DNA of 38,666 nt from Lachnospiraceae bacterium (GCA_017391545.1 JAFOYD010000131.1:1-38666), one strand, 5' to 3'. Counted from the stretch's first letter, positions 1 through 9,047 are shown. The notes: a model not told the origin generated them from the sequence alone. Made by a program: numbers and translations.

Positions 1-114
1 CTTTACCAGAATATGGGCAAGTATACTTTTCTGGGCAAGAAGTCGTTTTGCACGCTCATCATACTGTGCTTTATCATCTGCAGCCGAAACTGCGTTTGCT
101 ATCTCTGTGTTCAA
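1..114 (-). CDS. 5' fragment (runs off the window) of a probable PD-(D/E)XK nuclease / Rpn-like family protein
   Basis: Not in the ORF track. SD AAGGAGGT (130-123), TTG at 114, open to base 1: MNTEIANAVSAADDKAQYDERAKRLLAQKSILAHILVK. The family call rests on recalled resemblance of this N-terminus to multicopy Lachnospiraceae PD-(D/E)XK-type proteins; the catalytic region is outside the window. Confidence 0.6.
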   Translation of the reverse strand, partial: MNTEIANAVSAADDKAQYDERAKRLLAQKSILAHILVK

Positions 115-190
115 GTCGACATACCTCCTTTGTGGTCATTTTCTAAACGCCATTCATTATATGTTAAAAAAGGCACTCAACCCTTAATTC

Positions 191-219
191 ATTATAGACT
201 GAAAACCTTTTTGTTTCAA
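191..219 (-). promoter_or_regulatory. SigA-type promoter for the gene starting at 114
   Basis: Minus strand TTGAAA (219-214), 17 bp spacer, TATAAT (196-191). Confidence 0.6.
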
Positions 220-236
220 CTGAAATGTTGTAAAGA

Positions 237-331
237 TCAGTTCGCAAAACTCCATGAGATCTCCGCAATGTTTTCCGGATAAATAACAATTTTTCAACCA
301 GTTCCCTCATAATATCTTCAGCAAGATGATT
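237..331 (-). pseudogene. Possible relic of the C-terminus of a large serine recombinase
   Basis: Restoring one A to the A5 run (294-290) gives NHLAEDIMRELVEKIVIYPENIAEISWSFAN*, resembling the 'L..L.EKI.VY....IEI.W.F' tail of clostridial serine recombinases. Short, and judged by eye. Confidence 0.4.
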
Positions 332-368
332 GCTTCTTTTGTGATTGTGCCATGAATACCGTCACTCA

Positions 369-1643
369 TCAATGCTCCACCATATCCTCAATAAAAATCC
401 CATATCCCTCTGCGCTGTCTTGAACAAGCACATGTGTCACTGCACCTACGAATTTTCCATTTTGAATGATCGGTGCACCACTCATTCCCTGCACAATGCC
501 CCCTGTCAGCGCCAACAGCTCCGGATCTGTAACCTTCAGGGAAATCTGACGGTTCACAGCCTCATTTCCAGGGGTGAGCTTCGTGATTTCCACATCATAG
601 TACTTTGCTTCACCGTCTATGGAACACAGTATCTGCGCTTTTCCTGTTGTGACCTCCTGCTTCAGGGCTATGGGAAGTGCACTGGTCTTTTCCGTATATT
701 CGTCCAAAAACTCTGCATTTGCCATACCATATATTCCCAGCATCGTATTGTCCACAATGACTCCTGATACCTGATCCGGCTTATACTCAATCACGCCTGT
801 CAGTTCGCCAGGATTCCCCTTTTCACCGCGTTTGACTGCCACGATCTCAGTGTGATACAAAAGCCCGCTTCCCAGTTTTAACAGCTCTCCCGTGTCCATA
901 TCGTTGATGCCATGTCCCAAGGCACCAAAGTGGTTCTGGCTGTCGATATAGGTCATTGTTCCGATTCCCTGAGCGCTATCCCTTAACCACGCTCCCATTT
1001 TGTATACATTATTGCTATCCTGCTCCGGTTTGATCCTGACCTGTATCAGTTCATCTTTTCTCGATACCTGAAATATGATCTCTGCACCATTTCCATTTTC
1101 CACATATTGTCTGATCTGCTTTTTGTCACTGATCGCCACGCCATCCATGGCAGTCAGATAATCGCCTGACTGCAGCTTATACTCAGAAGGGGCACACTTG
1201 TCCCCTGTACACCCTTCAAAACTTCCTGTATCCACGACCAGTACGCCCTGTGTCTTTACATAGATACCGATCGGTCTGCCCACAGGCGTCAGCATCGTGT
1301 TCTCGATGACCTGTATATCCACATCTTTCAGTGGCAGCACACCAAAAAGCTTCAGCCGCATCTGATACGAGCTTGCACTTTCTCCTGCCACGATGGTAAG
1401 CGGCTGATTGAGTGCCAGAACCGTTTCTGCATCTGTACTGATCACTCCCGATGCCGGAACGCGCAGATTGATTTCCTCACTCGTTCCTGCCTTGACACTG
1501 ATTGTGCTTGGGACTGCATTCTGATAATACACATATGTTGCCCAGAAAAATAACCCTATGGCAAATCCCAAAAAAATATAGAGAAATAAAATATATTTTA
1601 TACGCCTGCTCAATGGTTCCTGTCTCACTCTTTTCGCCTTCAT
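369..1643 (-). CDS. spoIVB: SpoIVB serine peptidase (S55, PDZ domain)
   Basis: N-terminal TM, PDZ-like region, GIGTMTY, FGALGHGIND, TGGIVQGMSGAPIIQNGK, GAVTHV, GYGIFIE; usual recN-spoIVB neighbourhood. Confidence 0.96.
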   Translation of the reverse strand: MKAKRVRQEPLSRRIKYILFLYIFLGFAIGLFFWATYVYYQNAVPSTISVKAGTSEEINLRVPASGVISTDAETVLALNQPLTIVAGESASSYQMRLKLFGVLPLKDVDIQVIENTMLTPVGRPIGIYVKTQGVLVVDTGSFEGCTGDKCAPSEYKLQSGDYLTAMDGVAISDKKQIRQYVENGNGAEIIFQVSRKDELIQVRIKPEQDSNNVYKMGAWLRDSAQGIGTMTYIDSQNHFGALGHGINDMDTGELLKLGSGLLYHTEIVAVKRGEKGNPGELTGVIEYKPDQVSGVIVDNTMLGIYGMANAEFLDEYTEKTSALPIALKQEVTTGKAQILCSIDGEAKYYDVEITKLTPGNEAVNRQISLKVTDPELLALTGGIVQGMSGAPIIQNGKFVGAVTHVLVQDSAEGYGIFIEDMVEH

Positions 1644-1677
1644 CCTTCCACGACCTCATGCAAATATTTCGTAGGGA

Positions 1678-1706
1678 TAGTATATGGAATTTACAAAAAA
1701 ATAAAC
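1678..1706 (-). promoter_or_regulatory. Candidate forespore (SigF/SigG-like) promoter of spoIVB
   Basis: Minus strand GTTTA-N15-CATATACTA ~35 bp upstream of the start; spoIVB is SigF/SigG-controlled in B. subtilis. Imperfect match. Confidence 0.4.
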
Positions 1707-1740
1707 GGCTCTGACATCTTTCGTTAAAAGTGCCAAAGCC
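1695..1740 (-). terminator. Intrinsic terminator of the MFP-RND operon
   Basis: Minus strand GGCTTTGGCACTTT-taacg-AAAGATGTCAGAGCC stem (two G-U pairs, one bulge) followed by GTTTATTTTTTT. Confidence 0.75.
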
Positions 1741-1754
1741 ATTTGTTTTATTTT

Positions 1755-4700
1755 TTACTCATCTTTTTTTGAATTTTGGGAAGCGATTTTTGCTTCGCGC
1801 CTCCTCTGACGTTTCTGTTGTCTCCTTTCTTTTGCCTCACGTCTTCCCTGTTTACTCATCAACAGATAGAAGCTTGGAAGCAGCAACAGAATCAACAGTG
1901 TAGAAGTAATCAGACCACCAATGATAATCAGTGACATACCTTTCATCATCGCTGCATTCTCATTGGTTGCAAATACCATCGGAAGCATTGATAAAATCGT
2001 GGTCAGCGTTGTCATAAGGATTGGCCTTAATCGCAGCCTTCCACTTTCCATCAGTGCATCATTTAATGGCATCGTCTCCTTGAGCTGATTGGTCGTATCA
2101 ACATACAGAATACCATTATTAACAACGATACCTACCAGCATCAGCACACCCATCAGAGAAGTCATGTTGAGCGTAGAACCGGATATAAACAGCAGAAAGA
2201 AGGAACCGATCAAGCTAAACGGAATACTCATCATGACCATCAGTGAGAATATTGGTGACTCAAACTGCATCGCCATAACAAGGAAAATCAGAAAAACTGC
2301 AGTGATGATCGCTTTACCGATTGCGGTAAACTCTTCTCCGATCATCTCATTCATCATGCTCTGTGTCTGACCTACACCCTCCGGGAACGCTCCGTCTTTC
2401 TCTGCCTTTGTAACTGCCTCAACAATCGCATTCTGTGCCGTAAATTTGGCATCATCCGTCGTATAGGCAGTGATTGCGACCTGATATTTGCCATCCTCTC
2501 TCACAAGTGTGTCAGGTACATCGGAATATACTACTTTTGCCACATCACCAACAGTAATCGTATTGCCTCTTGGAGTGGCAATCTCCAGATTCAGCAGCTC
2601 ATTCATATCAGAATAGCTGTCCTCCGGGTATTCCATTCTCACCGAATACTCCTGTGTACTGATCGTCATGTCCATGACCTCGACACCACTGCTGGCATTG
2701 TACATCTCGCTGGCAACCTGAACAGCAGTCAGTCCTACGTTCATACACTGTAACGGATCAATCTGTATTTTTGCCTGTGCGGCATCGGAAGTGATGTTGC
2801 TTGATGTCTTAATCACGCCCGGAGTATCCATCATGATCGCCTCAACCTGTCTTGCTGCAATCTTCAGGCTCTCCATATCATCACCACTCAGATCGACCTC
2901 CGTACTCGACATGACACTCATCATGGATGACATTCCGCTTCCTGCAGCCGATACAATGACGCTCATGTTGGTAACGTCCTTAAGCTTCTGATTATAAATA
3001 TCAACAAGCTCGCTGATGCTCTTGCTACATTCCTCAGACGGATAGGCGTTAATCGTTGCGGCAGAACCGCTGATTGTCAGGTTACAACCTGCAAAATCAG
3101 GATCATCGATCACCATTTGTTCAATGAACTGGATATTTTCATCCATGACCTCAAGTCTGGTACCGGATCTCTGCTCAATTGAGATACTCATGTTATCAAG
3201 ACCTGTTGCCGACATCAGCTCCTGATCAAGCTGACCGGCAAGCACAAACGCCAATATCAGAAGCAGCACTGACACTGTCATGACCGTCTTTTTCTTTAAC
3301 ATGATGTGGCCAAGCAGCTTCTTGTAGCCATTTCCGATCTTTCCAACGACCCGGTTCGCCAGTGTATCCTTTTTCTCCTTTGGTCTGTACTTCCAGAAGA
3401 AAATAGGAATCAGTGTAATCGCCACAATCAATGATGACAGCATGGCAAAGATAATTGTAAATCCCAATTGGGAGAAGAGCTGTCCCGCAAGTCCCTTCAT
3501 TGTCGCAAGTGGAAGGTACACAACAACAGTCGTGATGGTTGATGCTGAAACAGAGGAAGCTACCACTTTTGTACCGGCAAGTGCAGCATCCTTAAAGTCC
3601 GGCTTTTCATCCTTTAATCGGAAACAGCTCTCCAATACTACAATGGAAGAGTCAACCATCATACCGATGGCAATGACGAGTGCTCCCATTGTGACGACAT
3701 TGAGGGAAAATCCCGCAAAGCTCATGAAAATCAGTGTGGCAAGCAGTGAAATCGGCATGGAGCTTCCTACGATCAGACTCGCCTTAAAATCTCCAAAGAA
3801 TATGAACAGAACGAGCATGGAGAATAACACACCAAGCACCAGTGTTTCTGCAACGGAACTTAGTGAGGACTTGATACTGTCTGCTGCATCATATGCCACA
3901 GAAATCTGGATGGCAGAGTTTTTTGCTCCCACGCGCTCAATCAGCGACTTCACATGATTTGATACATCCACCGTACCTTCACTCTGTACCTTTGCGATAC
4001 CGACGCTGATACTGTCCTGTCCGTTAAAGCGGCTGATACTGCTGTTTGCCTTTGTTGCCATTGAAACTGTCGCAATATCTGACAGCGATATCGTCGTACC
4101 TTTGCTTGTAATGATCGGCACATTCTGCAGATCCATCAGATTTGTCGGTTTTGATGAGGCAGACGCACTGATACTCTGCGCTCCCTGCTCAACACTTCCG
4201 ATTGGAATCGTAAAATCTGTTGTTGTTATGTAGGTCTTGACATTTGCCATCGTGACGCCATACTGCTGCATCTTGTCAGCGTGCAGCTCTATTCGGATGT
4301 AATCCTCCTCACCACCTGATACTGTAATCTGCGCCACGTCAGACAGTCTCTCAAGCTCAGGTTTGAGCTCATCCTGTACAAATGCCAGTACATCTGTATC
4401 ACCTGATGAAGTGATAGACAGCGTCATCATATCCTGCGAATTCATATTCATTTCAATGATGACAGGATCATGCGCATCCTCCGGAAGCTTTAGCGACGCT
4501 GTATCAACAGCACTTCTTAAATCTGCATAAGCATCATCAATATTCGTACCATACTCATATGAAAACATAACGAAAGAAGAGTTTTCTGTTGTCTGTGAGG
4601 TAACGGAATCCACACAGGAAAGTGTCTTACCGGCGTCCTCTATAATTTTGGTGACCAGCTCCTCTGTCGTCTCAGGGTCACCGCCCTGATAGATTGTCAT

Positions 4701-4844
4701 GACAAACAACATGGGCATTTCCATGTCGGGTGTCAGCTCCATCTTAAAGCCGAACACCGAACCGATACCGAATACAAACAGTGCAAGCACGATCAAAAGT
4801 GCTGAAACAGGCCTTTTCAGGGCCAGCTTAGTTAAGGAACTCAT
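1755..4844 (-). CDS. RND-family (AcrB/AcrD/AcrF-like) transporter permease, 1029 aa
   Basis: ALKRPVS start, two large extracytoplasmic loops, ~12 TM segments, TM4 IGMMVDSSIVVLES, MAMQFES..P, GIVVNNGIL, RLRPILMTT. Confidence 0.95.
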   Translation of the reverse strand: MSSLTKLALKRPVSALLIVLALFVFGIGSVFGFKMELTPDMEMPMLFVMTIYQGGDPETTEELVTKIIEDAGKTLSCVDSVTSQTTENSSFVMFSYEYGTNIDDAYADLRSAVDTASLKLPEDAHDPVIIEMNMNSQDMMTLSITSSGDTDVLAFVQDELKPELERLSDVAQITVSGGEEDYIRIELHADKMQQYGVTMANVKTYITTTDFTIPIGSVEQGAQSISASASSKPTNLMDLQNVPIITSKGTTISLSDIATVSMATKANSSISRFNGQDSISVGIAKVQSEGTVDVSNHVKSLIERVGAKNSAIQISVAYDAADSIKSSLSSVAETLVLGVLFSMLVLFIFFGDFKASLIVGSSMPISLLATLIFMSFAGFSLNVVTMGALVIAIGMMVDSSIVVLESCFRLKDEKPDFKDAALAGTKVVASSVSASTITTVVVYLPLATMKGLAGQLFSQLGFTIIFAMLSSLIVAITLIPIFFWKYRPKEKKDTLANRVVGKIGNGYKKLLGHIMLKKKTVMTVSVLLLILAFVLAGQLDQELMSATGLDNMSISIEQRSGTRLEVMDENIQFIEQMVIDDPDFAGCNLTISGSAATINAYPSEECSKSISELVDIYNQKLKDVTNMSVIVSAAGSGMSSMMSVMSSTEVDLSGDDMESLKIAARQVEAIMMDTPGVIKTSSNITSDAAQAKIQIDPLQCMNVGLTAVQVASEMYNASSGVEVMDMTISTQEYSVRMEYPEDSYSDMNELLNLEIATPRGNTITVGDVAKVVYSDVPDTLVREDGKYQVAITAYTTDDAKFTAQNAIVEAVTKAEKDGAFPEGVGQTQSMMNEMIGEEFTAIGKAIITAVFLIFLVMAMQFESPIFSLMVMMSIPFSLIGSFFLLFISGSTLNMTSLMGVLMLVGIVVNNGILYVDTTNQLKETMPLNDALMESGRLRLRPILMTTLTTILSMLPMVFATNENAAMMKGMSLIIIGGLITSTLLILLLLPSFYLLMSKQGRREAKERRQQKRQRRREAKIASQNSKKDE

Positions 4845-4857
4845 CGCTTACGCCCTC

Positions 4858-6342
4858 CTATTCCTGTGTATTGTCTTTTGTATCTGTTTTGCTTTCCTGT
4901 ATGGAAACTGCAACACCATCACGCAACTGCGCCGACCATGTCGTGATGATCACTTCATCCCCTGTCAGTCCCTCTGTGACAACAATATTGTCAATATCAT
5001 AGAGACCCGTCGTGATATTCGTCTTTTTCGCTTTTCCATCAACTACGGTATAGACATATGCCTGCGTTCCGTCATAATATACAGAGTCATACGGGATAAT
5101 GACTGCATTATTCTCATGGTAAGTGTCCGTTGTCACAGTAGCCTTTGTACCCGATAACAGGCTCGATGTATCTCCCTTGACAGCTGCTTTAATCTTAAAA
5201 AGTCCGGTCGTATTGTCAACTGCACTTCCAATCTCGATTACTTCACCTTCATATGTCCTGCCATCTTTTTCCAGTGTGATCTGCTGTCCTGCTGAAAATG
5301 TATTTCGAACATCCTCGCTGACATAATAGGTTGCAACCATTGCATCTTTGTTGGATATCACAAAGGCAGGATTGCTTGATGTGGCAAAGTCGTGTTCCTT
5401 CACATTGACAGACTCCACAACACCTGAAATGGTAGCTTTAATCGTGTATGCATCCAGACTCTCCCGCGCCTGATCGACGCCAAGCCGTGCAGCAGAAATA
5501 CTATTTTGAGATACCTTTTTTTGTTCCTCACGCAGTTCCCCATTGCTGATATTCGTTGAAGTAACTGCCTGGCTGTAGGAATTGTAGGTACTGTCAATAT
5601 TTTTCTGAAGTGTGTTAATCGAATCTTCATACTGATCGATTGCAGATTTATATCCTTCGATTGTTTTCTTGACAGGTGTTACTTCGGCTGAAGCCGTCTG
5701 ATAACGCTGCATTGCCGCCGCATAATCTGCTGCTCCCTGCGGCGTATTTTTATCGATTGAATCTGCGTAATCCTTGATTTCATCAACATCTTCCCTAAAA
5801 TCGTATTTTTCTTTGAGGTCTGCAAGCTTCGCTTCTTCATCTTTCAGCTTGTCTTTCGTCTTCTGCAGGTCATCCATCGTGTCCACCAGCTTCTCCTGAA
5901 GGTCGTTCACACCATCCTCTGCCTGTGTGATAGTGTTATCTGACTGCATATCATTGAGCGTCGATGCGCCTTCACCATAGGACAAATTGTAAGAATGCTG
6001 TGCATTGTCAAGACTGATCTGCGCTGACTTCATGGAAAACTGCGCCATCGTGTCATCCAGAACTGCAAGCACATCGCCCTCCTGCACGACATCACCTGCT
6101 GCAACCTTTACCTCTAGCACCTCACCTGTCGTCTTTGGAATGACATACACGGACTCATCCGGACTGATGGTAGCAATAAAATTATTGCTTAATTTAAGGC
6201 TTCCAATCTCCGGTTTTGCAGCTTCCACGATTGCAACATCCTCTGCTGTCTCCTCAGCAACCTTCTGACCACAGCCGCCAAGAGCTGATGCAGTCATTAC
6301 CATGCATAATAGCATTGCCAATTTTTTTTGCTTGTTTTTCAT
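4858..6342 (-). CDS. RND adaptor / membrane fusion protein, lipoprotein, with very long coiled coil
   Basis: Lipobox LGGC (C24); split lipoyl halves GEVLEVKVAAGDVVQEGDVL and IKATISGVVESVNV; beta-barrel/MP C-terminus (VIIPYDSV..VYTV..GLTGDE); SD AGGAG; 13 bp from the RND gene. Confidence 0.92.
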   Translation of the reverse strand: MKNKQKKLAMLLCMVMTASALGGCGQKVAEETAEDVAIVEAAKPEIGSLKLSNNFIATISPDESVYVIPKTTGEVLEVKVAAGDVVQEGDVLAVLDDTMAQFSMKSAQISLDNAQHSYNLSYGEGASTLNDMQSDNTITQAEDGVNDLQEKLVDTMDDLQKTKDKLKDEEAKLADLKEKYDFREDVDEIKDYADSIDKNTPQGAADYAAAMQRYQTASAEVTPVKKTIEGYKSAIDQYEDSINTLQKNIDSTYNSYSQAVTSTNISNGELREEQKKVSQNSISAARLGVDQARESLDAYTIKATISGVVESVNVKEHDFATSSNPAFVISNKDAMVATYYVSEDVRNTFSAGQQITLEKDGRTYEGEVIEIGSAVDNTTGLFKIKAAVKGDTSSLLSGTKATVTTDTYHENNAVIIPYDSVYYDGTQAYVYTVVDGKAKKTNITTGLYDIDNIVVTEGLTGDEVIITTWSAQLRDGVAVSIQESKTDTKDNTQE

Positions 6343-6510
6343 AAATTTTTCTCCTAAAATATGCTGTTGTCACCAACTGAAATGAATTAATACGTTCTGT
6401 TCTAATCCATATGCAATTTTATACGATAATTTGACAAAATAAAAGTAGGTTTGTTATTTTTTTATTTAAGTTTTATTTTTTAAATAAATATAAACTTTAC
6501 AAACACCTAC

Positions 6511-6540
6511 TTGTTATTCTGGTCGTTTTATTATTATAAT
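6511..6540 (+). promoter_or_regulatory. Candidate SigA promoter for the secreted-protein gene
   Basis: TTGTTA (6511-6516), 18 bp spacer, TATAAT (6535-6540); AT-rich context weakens specificity. Confidence 0.4.
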
Positions 6541-6592
6541 GTAAGGGAATTACTAATAATATTATAATTTTCATTTGATGAGGAGAAAATAC

Positions 6593-7291
6593 ATGAAGAC
6601 AAAAATCAAAAAAATACTCTGTTCCCTACTGGCATCTGCCATGATGATGTCAGTCCTGTCCGGCGTGCCTGCCGTGTCTGCTTCCGCAAAGGAGAGTATC
6701 GGAAACGGTCTGGTTCTTTCGACAGATGCCATCACGCTCTCGGAAGGCTCTTCTGCGACCTTTACCGCAGCACTTGCCGACGGCTTTGATGCTTCCAGAC
6801 TTTCCTGTGTTGTAGCAGATCCAACTGTTGCTGTTGTGACACCGATTGCATATGCTTCTAATGTAGCTGCCTTCCAGGTCACCTATGGCAATGGCGGATC
6901 AACGATTGCCGCCGTGTACAATCTTGATAACCCGGCGGTTGTAGCATACCTTACAATCAATGCCGGTGGACTGATCATGGATATTCCGGCAAAGCTTGGA
7001 ACAAACCACAGCAACTACTGCAAGCTTGTCAGCTACGAATTCGTACCCTACGATTTTACCTACGCTGATTTCAATGATTACAAATACACGCTCAATCTGA
7101 AATATCAGTGTGTTTCCTACAATGATAAGGACTATAATAAATGGGGCTGCTATGGCTACTTCTACGACGCAGCCGGCAATGTTCTTTCAAAGGTGCATCT
7201 GTATTGCAGTTCTCTTTCAAAAAGCAGAATCTACCACAGTGAGTTCAATGTCCCTGTCAACGCAGTTCGTTTTTCCATTGAAGGCTTTTAG
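6593..7291 (+). CDS. Secreted hypothetical protein (signal peptide, Ig-like N-domain, FxLYD-like C-domain), 232 aa
   Basis: SD GAGGAG (6580-6585), ATG 6593; basic/hydrophobic signal ending ASA|K; LSTDAITLSEGSSATFTA..DPTVAVV (Big_2-like); GYFYDAAGNVL (FxLYD-like). The only credible plus-strand gene in the window. Confidence 0.8.
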   Translation: MKTKIKKILCSLLASAMMMSVLSGVPAVSASAKESIGNGLVLSTDAITLSEGSSATFTAALADGFDASRLSCVVADPTVAVVTPIAYASNVAAFQVTYGNGGSTIAAVYNLDNPAVVAYLTINAGGLIMDIPAKLGTNHSNYCKLVSYEFVPYDFTYADFNDYKYTLNLKYQCVSYNDKDYNKWGCYGYFYDAAGNVLSKVHLYCSSLSKSRIYHSEFNVPVNAVRFSIEGF

Positions 7292-7309
7292 ATAATATCT
7301 ATACATAGC

Positions 7310-7349
7310 AAAACCCCGAACCTTGACGCATCTGTCGGTTCGGGGTTTT
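7310..7349. terminator. Bidirectional intrinsic terminator between convergent genes
   Basis: Perfect 13-bp inverted repeat AAAACCCCGAACC / GGTTCGGGGTTTT between the stops at 7291 (+) and 7352 (-). Confidence 0.88.
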
Positions 7350-7351
7350 CT

Positions 7352-9031
7352 TTATCCTTTTTTCTCCTGTGCCAGTTTGATCAGCTCCCTGGCATTTTCA
7401 CGCACAGCATCCGTAATATTCTCACCGCCCAGCATTCTGGCAAGTTCTTCTACTACATCTTCCTGCTCCATATCCGTGATTGTGGTCACTGTCTTATTGT
7501 CAACAACCTGCTTTACGATCTTAAAGCTGGCATCTGCCATCGCAGCGATCTGTGGCAGATGTGTGATACATAAAATCTGATGGCTTTTTGCCAAAGTACC
7601 AAGCTTCTCAGACACCTTCCACGCTGTTTTTCCACTGATACCTGTATCAATCTCATCAAAAATCATAGTCGGTATCCTGTCTCGTGAAGCAAGAACCGTC
7701 TTGATCGCAAGCATGATTCTTGACAGCTCACCACCGCTCGCCACACTGCCCAGGCTCTTCATCGGTTCACCAGGGTTCGTTGAAATCATAAACTCCACAT
7801 CATCTGCGCCATTTGCCGCAATTTCTTCCTTATCACGCACCTGAATCTCAAACTTGACCTCGAGAAAATTCAAATCAGTCAATGCCTTGACCATATCGTC
7901 AGAAAGCTTCTTTGCCTCAGCCTTCCGCACCTTTGAAGCTTTTGCACAGATTTCCTTTAATTCTGTATATGTCTTTTTAATCTGGCTCTCCAAATGCGCC
8001 TTATGTGCATCTGCATTGTTCAGCTTTTCAATCTTTGATGCAAGCTCCTGCTGATAGTCAAGTACCTGTCTGATACTTCCGCCATATTTTAATTTCAAAT
8101 GATTGAGAAGGTTCAGGCGGTTCTCTGTCTGGACAAATTCCTCATCATCAAATTCCAGATCCGTCAGATACTCCGCAATTTCCCTGTTAAAATCACTCAG
8201 CAGTGCATCAATGTTTTCCAGCTCATCAGCAAGTGCCTTTGCGTGGTCGTCATATTGTTCGATGCCGCGCAAGTCTCTGACTGCATGCCCTACTGCATCT
8301 GCCGCAGTCTGGTCACCATTTCCGATCAGCTGATACGCCCTTGATGCCGCCTCAACAATCTGTCTGCTATTGGACATTTTGCGGTAGCGTACCTCAAGCT
8401 CCTCATCTTCTCCCTCTGTAAGCCCTGCTTCTTCGATTTCATTATACTCAAATTCTGACAAAGACAGCTCTTTTGCCTTCGCGCTGTCATCCACACAAAA
8501 CGCTTCAAGCTCCTTTTTCAATGAAGTATAGGCATGATATGCTTCCTTGATTTTTTCCTTTAACTTCTCAAGCTCCTCACCTGCAAAAGCATCCAGGATT
8601 TCCATGTGATTTTTCTTATACAAAAGTGACTGATGCTCATGTTGCCCATGAATATCAATCAGCAGTTCCGAAAGTGCTTTGATCTGCTTTGTCGTTGCTG
8701 TCTCGCCACAGATTTTGCACAGACTGCGACTAGGCTGGATTTTCCGCTGGATAATGATAATTCCATCCTCCTCCACAGGAATTTCCAACTCCTTGACTGC
8801 GGCAAGGATATCTTTGTCCTCAATTTGAAAGACAAGTTCTACTAACGCATAATCTGCTCCATTTCGGATCATATCCTTGTCAGCTCTTGCTCCCAGCGCA
8901 AGATTGATGGAACCGATCAGAATCGACTTTCCCGCTCCAGTCTCACCACTTAATATATTTAGCCCTTCTTTAAAATTAACTTCTGTCTCCTCGATCAGAG
9001 CCAGATTCTTCACATGTAAACTGATTAACAT
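7352..9031 (-). CDS. recN: DNA repair protein RecN
   Basis: Walker A GETGAGKS, DIHGQHEHQSL, coiled coil, ASGGELSR, IFDEIDTGISG, CITHLPQIAA; follows argR. Confidence 0.98.
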   Translation of the reverse strand: MLISLHVKNLALIEETEVNFKEGLNILSGETGAGKSILIGSINLALGARADKDMIRNGADYALVELVFQIEDKDILAAVKELEIPVEEDGIIIIQRKIQPSRSLCKICGETATTKQIKALSELLIDIHGQHEHQSLLYKKNHMEILDAFAGEELEKLKEKIKEAYHAYTSLKKELEAFCVDDSAKAKELSLSEFEYNEIEEAGLTEGEDEELEVRYRKMSNSRQIVEAASRAYQLIGNGDQTAADAVGHAVRDLRGIEQYDDHAKALADELENIDALLSDFNREIAEYLTDLEFDDEEFVQTENRLNLLNHLKLKYGGSIRQVLDYQQELASKIEKLNNADAHKAHLESQIKKTYTELKEICAKASKVRKAEAKKLSDDMVKALTDLNFLEVKFEIQVRDKEEIAANGADDVEFMISTNPGEPMKSLGSVASGGELSRIMLAIKTVLASRDRIPTMIFDEIDTGISGKTAWKVSEKLGTLAKSHQILCITHLPQIAAMADASFKIVKQVVDNKTVTTITDMEQEDVVEELARMLGGENITDAVRENARELIKLAQEKKG

Positions 9032-9047
9032 ACTTATCCCTTAACTG

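Noticed and set aside
115-121. Spo0A box-like TGTCGAC beside the SD of the left-edge gene
   Set aside because: Single copy with a mismatch to TGNCGAA; expected by chance.
13-767. Plus-strand ORFs of 89 and 140 aa
   Set aside because: They overlap the better-supported minus-strand gene start and spoIVB; no SD; Cys/His-rich noise.
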